This document shows positions 20,197 through 30,480 of a DNA stretch of 64,000 bases, piece after piece. Source of the stretch: a bacterium. GTDB taxonomy: Bacteria; UBA8248. The translations under genes were made by a program, and so were the position numbers. Positions within the stretch are counted from its first letter, which is position 1, and the number at the start of each line of letters is the position of its first letter. The stretch covers positions 2,624,001-2,688,000 of the forward strand of contig OY843592.1 of the NCBI GenBank assembly GCA_963692865.2, given 5' to 3'. Below the pieces are notes generated by a model. The model searched no databases and was not told where the DNA came from. It saw only the letters and a program-made list of their open reading frames with translations.

Positions 20197-20830
20197 GGGG
20201 CTGTTGGAAAACCCCGCCTCGCCTGGAATTGACCAGCGCCGTCATTCCGGCGAATGCCGGAATCCAGAGCCGAGGAGAATGGCGACGCTCCGGTTTTTCA
20301 TCCCCTACTCATTGGCGGGAATACGGAAGAAATCAAAATACAAAGGCAAAATCCCTGGATTCCGGCATGCGCCGGAATGACGAACAAAACCACCCCTCCT
20401 CGTAGTGACAGCCCCGAGGAGGGGCCGTCACCGCAAAACCATCAAACCCCCTTCCTCGCCCTGAGCAGCCGCCTTAGGTCAAACGCGACCGAGAAGGGGC
20501 TGTTGAATAGCCCCGTTCCGGGGTCGGGCGGACACGCAGGTCCGCCCCTGCATTTCGTTTCGCAGAGGTTGGCAGGTCAGACATATATGTCTGACATATC
20601 ATGCGACCCGTATTGTGAAGGCGACAAGCCAGGACCGCATGATATGCGGCCCCTACGGTGAGATGCCGATCTGCTCGCAAGGGGTTTTTCAACAGCCCCG
20701 AGAAAGGAGCGTTCGTATCGAAGGACGAAATTCGCGCCCGCCGCAGAGATGCGCTGTGTTTGACCCTCCCTCCCCCCGGTCGGGTCAAACCTTCGATACG
20801 TCCTTCGACAGGCTCAGGACTGCTCAGGAC
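20197..20830. repeat. Composite REP cluster
   Basis: Left TIR at 20197, CGTC doublet 20240-20266 / 20356-20382, CTGAG-family units, ccttcgacaggctcagg. Confidence 0.8.
20496..20699. mobile_element. 204-bp MITE-like element inserted into a REP
   Basis: TIRs GGGGCTGTTGAATA / TTTTCAACAGCCCC; GAGAA TSD (20491-20495, 20700-20704); the flanks rejoin to match the uninterrupted REP at 6170-6231 (reverse strand). Confidence 0.88.
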
Positions 20831-20999
20831 GAGGATTCGGGGCGCTCGTCGGGACTGGCCACCGCCGTCGTTCAAAGGCGAAAAAAGCCCTCCCGAAAGC
20901 GCGCATTTCCCCGCATTTGCGTTGGATGGATGGCGGGTATGACCCGCATTCCGGCTGGACAATCGGCTCGTCTGAAGGCGCAGGAATTTCTGGAAAATT

Positions 21000-21084
21000 G
21001 GATAAATTCGGATAAATTTGGATAAATTCACGGGGTTTTTCGATAAATTATCGAGGGGAATTGCGGGGAGTTGCGGGGTATTGC
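21000..21084. repeat. Two arrays of 10-bp tandem repeats flanking a palindrome
   Basis: GGATAAATTY x3, TCGATAA-A-TTATCGA, GGGGWDTTGC x3. Confidence 0.85.
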
Positions 21085-21223
21085 GCGGCCCGAAATCTCC
21101 CTCCCGCTGAAACTTCGGGAGGATACCACGGCCCGGGAAGCGAGTGAGCAACGGTAAATGCGGGGGATTGCGTCCGCAAAACCGGCGGGATTCCCATTTG
21201 AACTCGATTCGGGATATGGCACA

Positions 21224-21236
21224 TAAATCATTGATA
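21224..21236 (-). promoter_or_regulatory. IHF-consensus site
   Basis: TATCAATGATTTA matches WATCAANNNNTTR. Confidence 0.45.
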
Positions 21237-22274
21237 TTACTTTCGTTTCTTCTCCATCTCCAGGAGTTTTCTCTTGCGCTCCACCCCCCAGCGGTAGCCC
21301 GCGAGGTCGCCGTCCCCCCGCACCACGCGGTGGCAGGGAACGAGCAGCGCCACCGGGTTTTCGGCGCATGCGCGCCCGACGGCTCGCGCGCCTTTCGGAA
21401 GCTCCAAGTCCTCCGCAATCTCCTTGTATGTCGTTGTATTTCCATGAGGTATGGATTCAAGCCTCTCCCACACGCGGCACTGGAAAGCGCTCGCGCGCAC
21501 GTCGAGCGGCAAGGATTCTGAGGGCGGTTCACCCTCGGCGAGACGCGCGACGACATTCAAGTAACCCTTTAGATCAACATCATTACGACTCAGATTCGCA
21601 TGGGGATACTCGTTTTTCAGATCGGATACGAGTTCGCCGACTCGCGCTCCGATGCTCACGCGGCAGACCCCCTTATCGGTAGCCGCCACCAGCAGCCTGC
21701 CCAGCCTGCAAGTAGTGGTCCCGTAGCGAATCGAAACGCCCTCCCCGCCCTTCTTGTAGGCGGCGGGCGTCATGCCCAGATAACGCGATGCGCCCTCGTA
21801 CACCCCCCTGCTCGAGCCGTAGCCGGCCTCATAGCCGGCGCCCGCCAGGTCGCGCCCGTTTTTCAATAACTCCTTGTAATTCTGCGCCTTAAGAGACTCC
21901 AGATACCGGCGGGGACTCACGCCCAGGGCCCGCTTGAAGGTGCGCTGCAAATGGTGGGGACTCAGGTCCACGCACCGCCCCAATTCGGCAAGAGTCGGGT
22001 TTTCATCCGCATGTTCTTCGATGTAGCGAACGGCTTTTCTCACCTTCTCCAGCCGTGGATCGTAGCCCGCATCCTGCGGGGCGCACCTGAGACAGGGCCT
22101 GAACCCGCGCGCCTCGGCCATCTCGGGGAATTCGAATATCAACACGTTGTTTTTCCTGGGCTTTCGGCTCGCGCAGGAAGGACGGCAATAGATACCGGTG
22201 GTGCGAACGGCGTATACGAAACGGCCATCGGCCTTTACGTCGCGGTCGAGGATGGCTTCCCATCGAGCATTCAT
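21237..22274 (-). CDS. ada: Bifunctional Ada regulator / O6-methylguanine-DNA methyltransferase
   Basis: TTGIYCRPSC...FRPCLRC Zn site, AraC HTH, VPCHRVV. Confidence 0.96.
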   Translation of the reverse strand: MNARWEAILDRDVKADGRFVYAVRTTGIYCRPSCASRKPRKNNVLIFEFPEMAEARGFRPCLRCAPQDAGYDPRLEKVRKAVRYIEEHADENPTLAELGRCVDLSPHHLQRTFKRALGVSPRRYLESLKAQNYKELLKNGRDLAGAGYEAGYGSSRGVYEGASRYLGMTPAAYKKGGEGVSIRYGTTTCRLGRLLVAATDKGVCRVSIGARVGELVSDLKNEYPHANLSRNDVDLKGYLNVVARLAEGEPPSESLPLDVRASAFQCRVWERLESIPHGNTTTYKEIAEDLELPKGARAVGRACAENPVALLVPCHRVVRGDGDLAGYRWGVERKRKLLEMEKKRK

Positions 22275-22361
22275 TTTTACCTTGCAACCTCCCTGAAGAA
22301 ATGAGCGATTACCTGTTCTTTCATAATGTAATCGCAACGCCGGGAGTCTTCTATCCGATTC

Positions 22362-22374
22362 TTGCCGTCAAATT
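22362..22374 (-). promoter_or_regulatory. Putative Ada box
   Basis: AAT-N6-GCAA (aatttgacggcaa) about 90 bp upstream of ada. Confidence 0.55.
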
Positions 22375-22444
22375 AGATTTTCCATATCGGGAGTCAAATG
22401 TATAATAGACATAAATTCAAATAGATACAAGGATTGTCTAGATT

Positions 22445-24121
22445 TCATGTCCCCGATCGGAAAACGATTTTCCCGCCGACCATCGTGAGCAGGGGTTTGA
22501 TGTCCTTGATTCGATCCGCAGGTATCGTCATGTAATCACGGTCGAGCACGACGAGATCCGCCAGTTTGCCTTTTTCGATGGAACCCAGCTCGTTTTCCTT
22601 GAAAAACAGGTATGCGTTCGAGCGCGTGTGGGCGATAAGCGCGTCTTTTCTGGAAACGGTTTCGGCCTCCGAAAGCGCCCTCTCCCCGCCCAGATCCATC
22701 CCCGTCACGGCCCACCACAGGGAGAGCATCGGCTGATAAGGGGATACGACGCCGGCGTCCGTGCCGAGCCCCCAAATGGCCCCGCTGTCTTGAACTGTCC
22801 TGAGTGGCGGGAGCGAGAGCGCCCGTTCCCCATATCGTCGCCTCAGCGCGGACCCTAGAATCGTCATTTTGCTGTGCAGGGCGAAAGTCATCCCGAGGGC
22901 TTTAGCGCGCTCGATGTTTCTCTTCGAGATGAAATCCGCGTGATGAATCGACCAGCGCAGATTCGTTATGTTCTTTTTTTGATTTATCTTCTCGAAAATA
23001 TCCAGATACCGCGTAATCGTGGTATTGCGAAAGGCATGTTCGTGGATCGTCCATCCCCCATCCGCGGCCGCATGTGAAACTTTTGCAAATTCAGCATAAT
23101 CCTCATCCGGGAACCGCGAGGGCCTGAATACCGAATCGTGGAGAGGCGCGTACATATGCTCCCCAAGCGCGATATTCCCCATCATCTTTGCGGATTTGTC
23201 CGGGCGGGAGTTTCGAACCCTCTCTATCACTCTTTTGTTCGCCTCGGGAGTACGAACCCGGAAGCGAGGCGTGTGAAATATCCTTAAACTGAGACCGTTT
23301 TTATCAGCCAATCTTCGCTTGATCATTTCATAAGTCGCATCCCGGACCCCGCCGCCGCCTAATTCGAATACACTCGTCACGCCGGCACGGTTGAAATCCG
23401 CCATCAGTTTTTTGAGGCCCGACACGATTTTATCGTCGGTAATCTGAGGCAAATATCGGCGCCAGAACCGGAAAATGGCCCGGCGGCCACGAATAACGCC
23501 CGTGGGAGCGCCGGACTCGTTTCTGGCAATCCGCCAGCCTCCCGGGGCTTCAAAATCCTCATCGATGCCCGCCTTCTCCAGTGCCATGCTGTTCAGAATC
23601 ATGAACCGGTACGATTCCTGGATGAAAACCGGATTGTTCGGAGCGGCCCTGTCCAACTCCGCTCTCGTGAACAATCCCGGCTTATCCCGGAATTGGCCGG
23701 GACTCCACCCACCAATCGTGAGCACCCACTCTCCGCGTTTCAGCGATTTCGCTTTGGCGGAGATGATGGAAAGCGCTTTTTTGCGCGAAGTAACCCCGTC
23801 GATTCTCGCTTCATGGTCCCAGCGCAACGCATGGCGGATGAAATGTACGTGGTTATCAATGAGGCCCGGAATCAGCGTTTTGCCTTTCAGATCAATCACT
23901 TTCGTATTGGAATTCACCAGTTGCCTTATCTGGGAATTACTCCCCACGGACAAGATGCGTTCACCCTGGACAGCTACTGCCTGCCGGGTGGAAAAGTCCG
24001 CATCGACGGTTACAATTTTGCCGTTCACCAGGGCGATATCCGCCGATTGAGCGAATGCAGGGAACGGGAGAACTCCCCAAACCACGAAAATGATTGCGAA
24101 TACTCTAAATTTCAGAGTCAT
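22445..24121 (-). CDS. Secreted amidohydrolase 3 (YtcJ-like)
   Basis: Signal peptide AFA/Q, PGLIDNHVH, GTD, GSIEKGKLADLVVLD. Confidence 0.9.
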   Translation of the reverse strand: MTLKFRVFAIIFVVWGVLPFPAFAQSADIALVNGKIVTVDADFSTRQAVAVQGERILSVGSNSQIRQLVNSNTKVIDLKGKTLIPGLIDNHVHFIRHALRWDHEARIDGVTSRKKALSIISAKAKSLKRGEWVLTIGGWSPGQFRDKPGLFTRAELDRAAPNNPVFIQESYRFMILNSMALEKAGIDEDFEAPGGWRIARNESGAPTGVIRGRRAIFRFWRRYLPQITDDKIVSGLKKLMADFNRAGVTSVFELGGGGVRDATYEMIKRRLADKNGLSLRIFHTPRFRVRTPEANKRVIERVRNSRPDKSAKMMGNIALGEHMYAPLHDSVFRPSRFPDEDYAEFAKVSHAAADGGWTIHEHAFRNTTITRYLDIFEKINQKKNITNLRWSIHHADFISKRNIERAKALGMTFALHSKMTILGSALRRRYGERALSLPPLRTVQDSGAIWGLGTDAGVVSPYQPMLSLWWAVTGMDLGGERALSEAETVSRKDALIAHTRSNAYLFFKENELGSIEKGKLADLVVLDRDYMTIPADRIKDIKPLLTMVGGKIVFRSGT

Positions 24122-24330
24122 ACGTTACCCCCTAATTTCAATAACTTAACTCTCATTTACAATATTAAGCATTTAGACGATGAGCAGTTCCATAAAACTC
24201 TCCCGAAATATGAGTGTAGCAATACTCCTATGGTGGTGATACCATATTCATCTTGCTCACCACTTACAGCAAATGCGAGCAAATGCGTAGTTGGAGAGAT
24301 GGTAATTCTCACTGCCGAGGAGGACCAAAA

Positions 24331-25332
24331 ATGAATACTTCCAACAATTCAAACCAGCAAACTCTCAGACCCAAAACAACCGTGGCGCCTGTTACAGTCA
24401 TTCGATTTGGCGAGATGATGCCTGATTGGGGCGAATATCATGAGTCGCATGCCGAGGGGAACCACCGCGCGATATATCGATACATCGGTGGCATTTCCGG
24501 TCAGAACCTTCGCTCTCCCCTTCCCGGCTGGGAATTTACTTGTGGCATCGCCATGGCTCCTCCCCAAAACGGCGCGCCGCTTCACGATCACCCGGATGAA
24601 GAGATTTTCATGGTCTGGGAAGGCGAGTTCGAGATTTTCTGGGAAGACTTTGATTCCAAGGAACTTAAAAACGTGATTCTGGGCAAATACGATCTTATCC
24701 GCGTGCCATCAGGTGTGATGCGCGGTTTCAGAAACGTCGGGAAAGATGACGGGTTCCTTCATTTCATCCACGGCCAGGGCGATTACCAATATCCCGTCTA
24801 TCCCGAGTCGCTGCAAGAAGGCTTGCCTGGTGGCGTAAGAACCGAAGCTTACGTCAACCAACCCGCCTATGACCCGGCCACCCAGTTGGTGCGTTTCGAG
24901 GAGTGTCCGCGCAACTGGAGCGTATATCACGAAGCGAAATTGCCTGAGGGAGTTCGGTCTCTGAGGCGCTACATCGGCGGCGTATCCGGTGATACGGATG
25001 AAGGCCCACCGCCTTCTTTATCCGAAGGAGAAATCGGGTACGCCATGGTGGAATGCGGCAATGGCCGCGGCGCGCCGCTACATGACCATCCCTGTGAGGA
25101 ACTTTTTATCGCGCTGGAAGGCAGGTGGGTCGTCTACTGGGCTGATGAGCGTGGCAGCATCCATCAGGCCGTTCTGGAACCATGGGATGCCTGCTGGGTG
25201 CCCACCGGCGTGCAGCGCGGTTTTCGGAATGCCGACAAAACCGAAGGCAAAATCCACATCATCCAGGGACAAGGAGCAACCCCCGCCCCGAATTATACGG
25301 AGGATTATTCTGCGCTTAAGGCAGAAGTCTAG
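24331..25332 (+). CDS. Bicupin protein
   Basis: Two repeats, GAPLHDHPDEEIF and GAPLHDHPCEELF, each followed by VP.GV.RGFRN; GGAGG RBS. Confidence 0.85.
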   Translation: MNTSNNSNQQTLRPKTTVAPVTVIRFGEMMPDWGEYHESHAEGNHRAIYRYIGGISGQNLRSPLPGWEFTCGIAMAPPQNGAPLHDHPDEEIFMVWEGEFEIFWEDFDSKELKNVILGKYDLIRVPSGVMRGFRNVGKDDGFLHFIHGQGDYQYPVYPESLQEGLPGGVRTEAYVNQPAYDPATQLVRFEECPRNWSVYHEAKLPEGVRSLRRYIGGVSGDTDEGPPPSLSEGEIGYAMVECGNGRGAPLHDHPCEELFIALEGRWVVYWADERGSIHQAVLEPWDACWVPTGVQRGFRNADKTEGKIHIIQGQGATPAPNYTEDYSALKAEV

Positions 25333-25372
25333 TTATTCGGCGGACTTGTTTATCTATATGAAAAGATTGCTA

Positions 25373-26461
25373 TCAATGTCCCTCACCCAATGGCAATTGA
25401 ACGGCTTCGCCCGTTTGGGAGGACAACTCCATCGCTATCGTCACCTCCAGGGTTTGACGCGCATCCTCAGCCGTGGCGTGGGTTGTCGGCCTCCCGTTGA
25501 TTACATGGTCCAACCAGCTCCTGGTTTCATCGCCCAGTGGACCCCAATAATCACCCGCCGCCCAGTCACCTGGAGTCGTGCTGCTTAAAAATGCCGTGTT
25601 GATATGGTGATCCGGTATATACGTGTGGGGAATTCCCTTGTCGGTGTAGAGCATCTCGTCCTTGTGATCCTCATCGAGCATTAAAACGCCATCCGTGCCG
25701 TAAATCTCCATTCTCACACTCTGCCCCAGCGCCGGATATTTTGCAGGCAGGGCGTAAAAAACGCCCAAATTCATCACGGCTCCATTGTCGAACGTTACGA
25801 TGGACCATGTGACGTCGTTCGCCGAATAGCCATGTTCCTTATATATTTTGCCGTTTCCACGGGCGACCACTTCCACCGGTCGGTGGCCTTCCATGAACCA
25901 GCAGGTCATATCCACCCAATACGTGAGCACGTCGAGCACGGGCGTTGCGTGCGGCGAGCGCTTGAGTATCTGCAGTCCCTGGGCGCGGGTGTTGCAGGTT
26001 CGGCCCGTGCCTGCGAGAATTTCACCCAGCCTTCCCTGGATAATCTGTTCTTTCGCCATCTGGTAGCGACGTTTGAATCGTTGGGCATATCCCACCCTGA
26101 GTTCAGTGCCTGTTCTCTCCGCAGCGGAGAGTATGCGGTCGGCATCCTCCAAAGTCAGGGAAATCGGTTTTTCCACCAACACGGGCTTGCCTAATTCCAG
26201 GGCATGGATAATGGAATCGGCATGATCGTGCTCGGGCGTGGACACGATAACAGTCGTGACTTCGGGGTGTTCAATCACTTCTTCATTTCTGCCGGTAGCG
26301 AGTTGGGCGCCTACTTCCGACCCCAATTCTTTCGCCCGCTCCTGATCGATGTCGGAGACCGCCAAAAACTCAAGAGACGGGTGACGTGAAACCAGATTCG
26401 CCCGCAAGGTTCCTATCCTGCCGGAACCCACGACTCCCACACCCAATGGTTTCTTGTTCAT
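25373..26461 (-). CDS. Gfo/Idh/MocA oxidoreductase
   Basis: GVVGSGRIG, VSTP..H, VLVEKP. Confidence 0.9.
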   Translation of the reverse strand: MNKKPLGVGVVGSGRIGTLRANLVSRHPSLEFLAVSDIDQERAKELGSEVGAQLATGRNEEVIEHPEVTTVIVSTPEHDHADSIIHALELGKPVLVEKPISLTLEDADRILSAAERTGTELRVGYAQRFKRRYQMAKEQIIQGRLGEILAGTGRTCNTRAQGLQILKRSPHATPVLDVLTYWVDMTCWFMEGHRPVEVVARGNGKIYKEHGYSANDVTWSIVTFDNGAVMNLGVFYALPAKYPALGQSVRMEIYGTDGVLMLDEDHKDEMLYTDKGIPHTYIPDHHINTAFLSSTTPGDWAAGDYWGPLGDETRSWLDHVINGRPTTHATAEDARQTLEVTIAMELSSQTGEAVQLPLGEGH

Positions 26462-26542
26462 TTTCGCCCTCTGGATTTTCTTAAGAATTTCATCAGACAA
26501 ATCGTCCCAAGAAAAGAGATGCCCCTTTCATTGGGACAAAGT

Positions 26543-26570
26543 AAAAACCGGCCTCCTGAGAGACCGGCTC
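26543..26570 (-). terminator. Intrinsic terminator after pnp
   Basis: gagccggtctctcaggaggccgg followed by TTTTT on the minus strand. Confidence 0.7.
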
Positions 26571-26592
26571 ACGTATCAAAATCTGGGGTTCA

Positions 26593-28728
26593 TCAAGTCA
26601 CGGGCGCATAGAATTGCTTCCATTCCTCGGGCAACTCTTCTTCCGTCACATCCTTCATGGAGAGACGAATTCTCCCATTTCCTTCCACTTCTATGCATTT
26701 CACCAAAACCTTCTGGCCTTCTTTCAAGACATCACTCACTGAGCCGATTCTCTTCTTCGCAATCATGCTGATGTGGCAAAGGCCATCCGTGCCCGGGAAT
26801 ATTTCGACGAATGCCCCAAAATCCATGATTTTCCTGACAGTGCCATAGTAAATCGTGCCCTTCTCGGCTTCCTGCGTCAGTTCACGAATAATCTCTATCG
26901 CCCTAAGAGCAGCCGCCTCATCCGTGGATGAGATGAAGATGGTTCCGTCATCCTCAATGTCTACATCGGCTCCCGTCTCCTCGACAATTCCGCGAATCAC
27001 TTTCCCGCCAGGTCCAATTACATCCCTCACGCGGTCCTTGGAAACCTGCATCGTCATAATCCTCGGCGCGTAGGGGGAAATCTCTTCACTTGGCTGGGAA
27101 ATAACCTTGTCCATTTGATCCAGGACATGCATCCTCGCATCGTTCGCCTGCGCCAAAGCATCTCTTACAAGGCTCAATTGCAATCCTTTGATCTTGATAT
27201 CCATTTGAAGAGCAGTAATGCCATGACGCGTGCCACCCACCTTGAAGTCCATATCCCCTAAATGATCTTCCAACCCAAGGATATCCGTAAGTATTGCCGT
27301 TCTTCCTGTGGATTCTTCACTGATCAATCCCATGGCGATACCGGCCACCGGAGATGTTATCGGTACGCCCGCACTCATCAAGGCCAGACTGGCGCCGCAA
27401 ATGCTCGCCATGGATGAGCTGCCATTGCTCTCCGTGATATCGGACACCACGCGGATGGTATAGGGGAAATCTTCCTGCTCAGGCAATATCGCCTGCACGG
27501 CGCGAGAAGCCAGCGCACCATGGCCAATTTCACGACGGCCAGGACCGCGGTTCGGCTTCGCTTCACCAACACTAAACCCAGGAAAATTATAATGCAGCAG
27601 AAAAGTCCTGTCGGCCTTGCCGTCCAGCGTGTCTATCAATTGCGCTTCGGAGGCCGTACCGAGCGTCACAGTCACCAACGCCTGGGTCTCGCCCCGCGTG
27701 AACAGTGCGCTGCCATGGGGTCTGGCAAGGGGGGACATTCTGATGGTAATCGGCCTGACTTCACGAAGCCCCCGCCCATCCGAGCGCCTCCCTTCGTCTA
27801 AAATCAAACCGCGGAAAATCTCTTTTTCGATTTTGCCAAAATAATCAGAGACAGTTCCTCTGTCGGGAGACCCCTCTTCGTCTGTACAAAGAGAATCGAC
27901 CGCAACGGCTTTCGCCTCGTCAATTGCGTTATACTGCCCTGCTTTGTCGTGAATCTCGGCAGCCGCTTGTAGTTTCGGAACAACAATTTCACGAACCTTC
28001 CCCATGAGTTCCGCACCTTCTTCCTCAGGCTCGACTGCGCGTTTTGTTTTTCCGCATTCAGTCCTGAGTTCATCCTGCAAAGCGCACAACTCTTTAATGA
28101 CAGAATGGCCTTTTTCAAACGCTTCCATGTATACGTCTTCGGAAACTTCAAAACTACCGGCTTCCACCATGACTATTGCGTCTGATGTTCCGGCCATCAC
28201 GCAATTCAGGTCGCTGTCGATCTGCTGTTCGACTGTCGGGTTGACGACAATTTCGCCATCAATCCGTCCAACGCGCACGGCACCGATTGGGCCGGCGAAA
28301 GGGATATCCGAAATATGGAGAGCTGCGGAGGTGCCGTTGATCGCCAAAATATCGGAATCATTCAGCTTATCGTAAGACATCACCATGACCTGAATCATGG
28401 TCTCACAACGAAATTCTTTCGGGAAAAGAGGACGGATGGGCCTATCGATTAAACGACAAGTTAATGTTTCCCTCTCTCCAGGTTTTGCCTCGCGCCTAAA
28501 AAAGTTGCCGGGAATAATGCCCGCGGCGTAGAAAAATTCTCGATAATCAACAGTAAGTGGGAAAAAGTCCACTCCCTCACGAGGAGAATGCGAGGCGCAA
28601 GCCGTACACAGTACGCTGGTTTCACCATAATGCATCATTACGGCGCCACCGGCTTGCTTGGCTATCTCACCTGTTTCAAAAGCAAGTGTATAACCGTTGA
28701 TAGATGTGTCTTTGCGATACGGTGGCAT
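26593..28728 (-). CDS. pnp: Polyribonucleotide nucleotidyltransferase
   Basis: DFFPLTVDY, RREIGHG, ESNGSSSMAS, GDMDFKV, KH and S1 domains. Confidence 0.99.
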   Translation of the reverse strand: MPPYRKDTSINGYTLAFETGEIAKQAGGAVMMHYGETSVLCTACASHSPREGVDFFPLTVDYREFFYAAGIIPGNFFRREAKPGERETLTCRLIDRPIRPLFPKEFRCETMIQVMVMSYDKLNDSDILAINGTSAALHISDIPFAGPIGAVRVGRIDGEIVVNPTVEQQIDSDLNCVMAGTSDAIVMVEAGSFEVSEDVYMEAFEKGHSVIKELCALQDELRTECGKTKRAVEPEEEGAELMGKVREIVVPKLQAAAEIHDKAGQYNAIDEAKAVAVDSLCTDEEGSPDRGTVSDYFGKIEKEIFRGLILDEGRRSDGRGLREVRPITIRMSPLARPHGSALFTRGETQALVTVTLGTASEAQLIDTLDGKADRTFLLHYNFPGFSVGEAKPNRGPGRREIGHGALASRAVQAILPEQEDFPYTIRVVSDITESNGSSSMASICGASLALMSAGVPITSPVAGIAMGLISEESTGRTAILTDILGLEDHLGDMDFKVGGTRHGITALQMDIKIKGLQLSLVRDALAQANDARMHVLDQMDKVISQPSEEISPYAPRIMTMQVSKDRVRDVIGPGGKVIRGIVEETGADVDIEDDGTIFISSTDEAAALRAIEIIRELTQEAEKGTIYYGTVRKIMDFGAFVEIFPGTDGLCHISMIAKKRIGSVSDVLKEGQKVLVKCIEVEGNGRIRLSMKDVTEEELPEEWKQFYAPVT

Positions 28729-28760
28729 CAGATTGCTTCCCTCTGGGGCAAGACTTGCAT

Positions 28761-29030
28761 CTAGCGACGCAGGCCAAGGTCCTGGATGATCGTGCGGTAG
28801 CGGTTAATATCTTTCTCTTTCAAATAATCAAGGAGGCGACGCCGCTGACCCACGAGTTTCAAGAGGCCTCTTCGGGAGTGATGATCTTTCTTGTGGGTCT
28901 TAAAATGGTCTGTGAGGTAGGTAATACGCTCGGTTAGGATAGCTACCTGTACTTCTGGTGAGCCGGTATCGGTGTCATGCGTGCGAAATTTTTCGATAAC
29001 TTCCGATTTTCGCTCCTTTGCTAGGGGCAT
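28761..29030 (-). CDS. rpsO: 30S ribosomal protein S15
   Basis: [25 protein letters not shown]. Confidence 0.99.
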   Translation of the reverse strand: MPLAKERKSEVIEKFRTHDTDTGSPEVQVAILTERITYLTDHFKTHKKDHHSRRGLLKLVGQRRRLLDYLKEKDINRYRTIIQDLGLRR

Positions 29031-29156
29031 TTCTTTCACTTCCTCCACTGCTTATTTGTTGCTTTCGACCCTAATAAATGCAACCTCATGAATAAACGGG
29101 CGGATTCTATATGACTTTGCGAGCAATGTAAATACGAAGCATGCCCTCTCCTAACG

Positions 29157-30086
29157 CTAGGTGGCAAATACTTTTTCAGGCGCCACAAATCCCTGGTTTC
29201 GTTTTCGTTTGTTTTGGTGAACCATTTTCCCAACTGCCAATAACTCTCCAGGTTCATTCAGCATACGGACACGAGTATCTGCCGGCAAATCAACAACTTG
29301 GCGAACATCTTCCAGCCTGACCAGAGCACCATTCAACACCCGCACCTCCGCTCTCGGATGCACATAGACGGCAGGCAGATGTGCGAGAGCATGCGCCGGA
29401 CTCACCAGAATGTCTTTAAGACGTTTGTCTTTCGAATGATGTTGGGCATCTTCGAGAGAAACGGAGTCCGCCAGATCAAACGGGCCCAAAGCAGTCCGGG
29501 TAAGCGCTTGTAAACACCCGCCGGACCCCTGGTTGGCGCCAATATCATGACAAATAGAGCGGATATATGTTCCCCGAGAACATGTGACGTCAAAGGTAAG
29601 TTGAGGCCCATCTATTCTGATTGCTTTTATCCGAAATACCTCTATAGGCCGCTTCTCTCTTTCAATTTCCTTGCCAGACCGCGCCAATTCGTGCAGGCGC
29701 TTTCCGTTGGCCTTCAAAGCAGAATACATCGGTGGCATCTGTTTCGTCTTGCCCAGCATAGCGCTCAGAAGCTCTTGGGCTCGGGAAAGCGTAATGTCCC
29801 CTGGCTCAGATTCGGCCAACAATTTCCCCGTGACATCCTGGGTGTCCGTCACTCGTCCAAACAACATGACAGCTCGATACGTTTTCCGGCACGCCAGCAA
29901 ATATGAGAACAATTTCGTTGAATTGCCAATACAAATCGGCAAAACTCCTTCAGCCATGGGGTCAAGTGTGCCTGCATGTCCCACTTTTGTTTTTCCGGGC
30001 AGGAGTTTTCTTACTTCATCAACCATATCGTGTGAGGTAGGTCCATGCTTTTTCTTAAGATTCAAGACACCCGAGAGTTCCAACAT
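29157..30086 (-). CDS. truB: tRNA pseudouridine(55) synthase
   Basis: GHAGTLDP, PPMYSALK, CSRGTYIRS. Confidence 0.97.
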   Translation of the reverse strand: MLELSGVLNLKKKHGPTSHDMVDEVRKLLPGKTKVGHAGTLDPMAEGVLPICIGNSTKLFSYLLACRKTYRAVMLFGRVTDTQDVTGKLLAESEPGDITLSRAQELLSAMLGKTKQMPPMYSALKANGKRLHELARSGKEIEREKRPIEVFRIKAIRIDGPQLTFDVTCSRGTYIRSICHDIGANQGSGGCLQALTRTALGPFDLADSVSLEDAQHHSKDKRLKDILVSPAHALAHLPAVYVHPRAEVRVLNGALVRLEDVRQVVDLPADTRVRMLNEPGELLAVGKMVHQNKRKRNQGFVAPEKVFAT

Positions 30087-30456
30087 CTGATCCTTTCTCG
30101 AACTTACTTTTCATATCGGATAACAAACGTTCGATTTCATCGCTGTATGCCAAACTGCGGTCGATGAAAAACTTCAATCTAGGCGTATTTTTCAATTGCA
30201 ACCGCTCGGCAAGTTTCCTCTGAAGGAATCCACCGGCTCTCTCAAGTCCCTTGAAACTCTCTTCAGTCTCTTCAACATTCCCCTGGTTTTCACCGTAACG
30301 GCTAAAGTAGACCTTCGCAACTCTCAAATCCCGGGACACTTCTACCCGGGTGATCACAACACGTCGCAAACGTGGATCCTTCATATCCTTCATCACCATA
30401 TTCGCGAGTTCGGATTGTATGAGTTCCGCTACGCGCAGCATGCGAGAATCGTTCAT
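30055..30456 (-). CDS. rbfA: Ribosome-binding factor A
   Basis: KDPRL, VSRDLRVAKVY, TPRLKF; synteny. Confidence 0.96.
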   Translation of the reverse strand: MNDSRMLRVAELIQSELANMVMKDMKDPRLRRVVITRVEVSRDLRVAKVYFSRYGENQGNVEETEESFKGLERAGGFLQRKLAERLQLKNTPRLKFFIDRSLAYSDEIERLLSDMKSKFEKGSDVGTLGCLES

Positions 30457-30480
30457 CTTTTCAATTTCTCTCGATGGATT

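Noticed and set aside
21000-21030. oriC call from DnaA-box-like repeats
   Set aside because: No perfect TTATCCACA, no dnaA/gidA context and no clear unwinding element; kept only as an unexplained array
29040-29150. rpsO autoregulatory leader RNA
   Set aside because: Plausible by position, but I could not identify a convincing structure by eye
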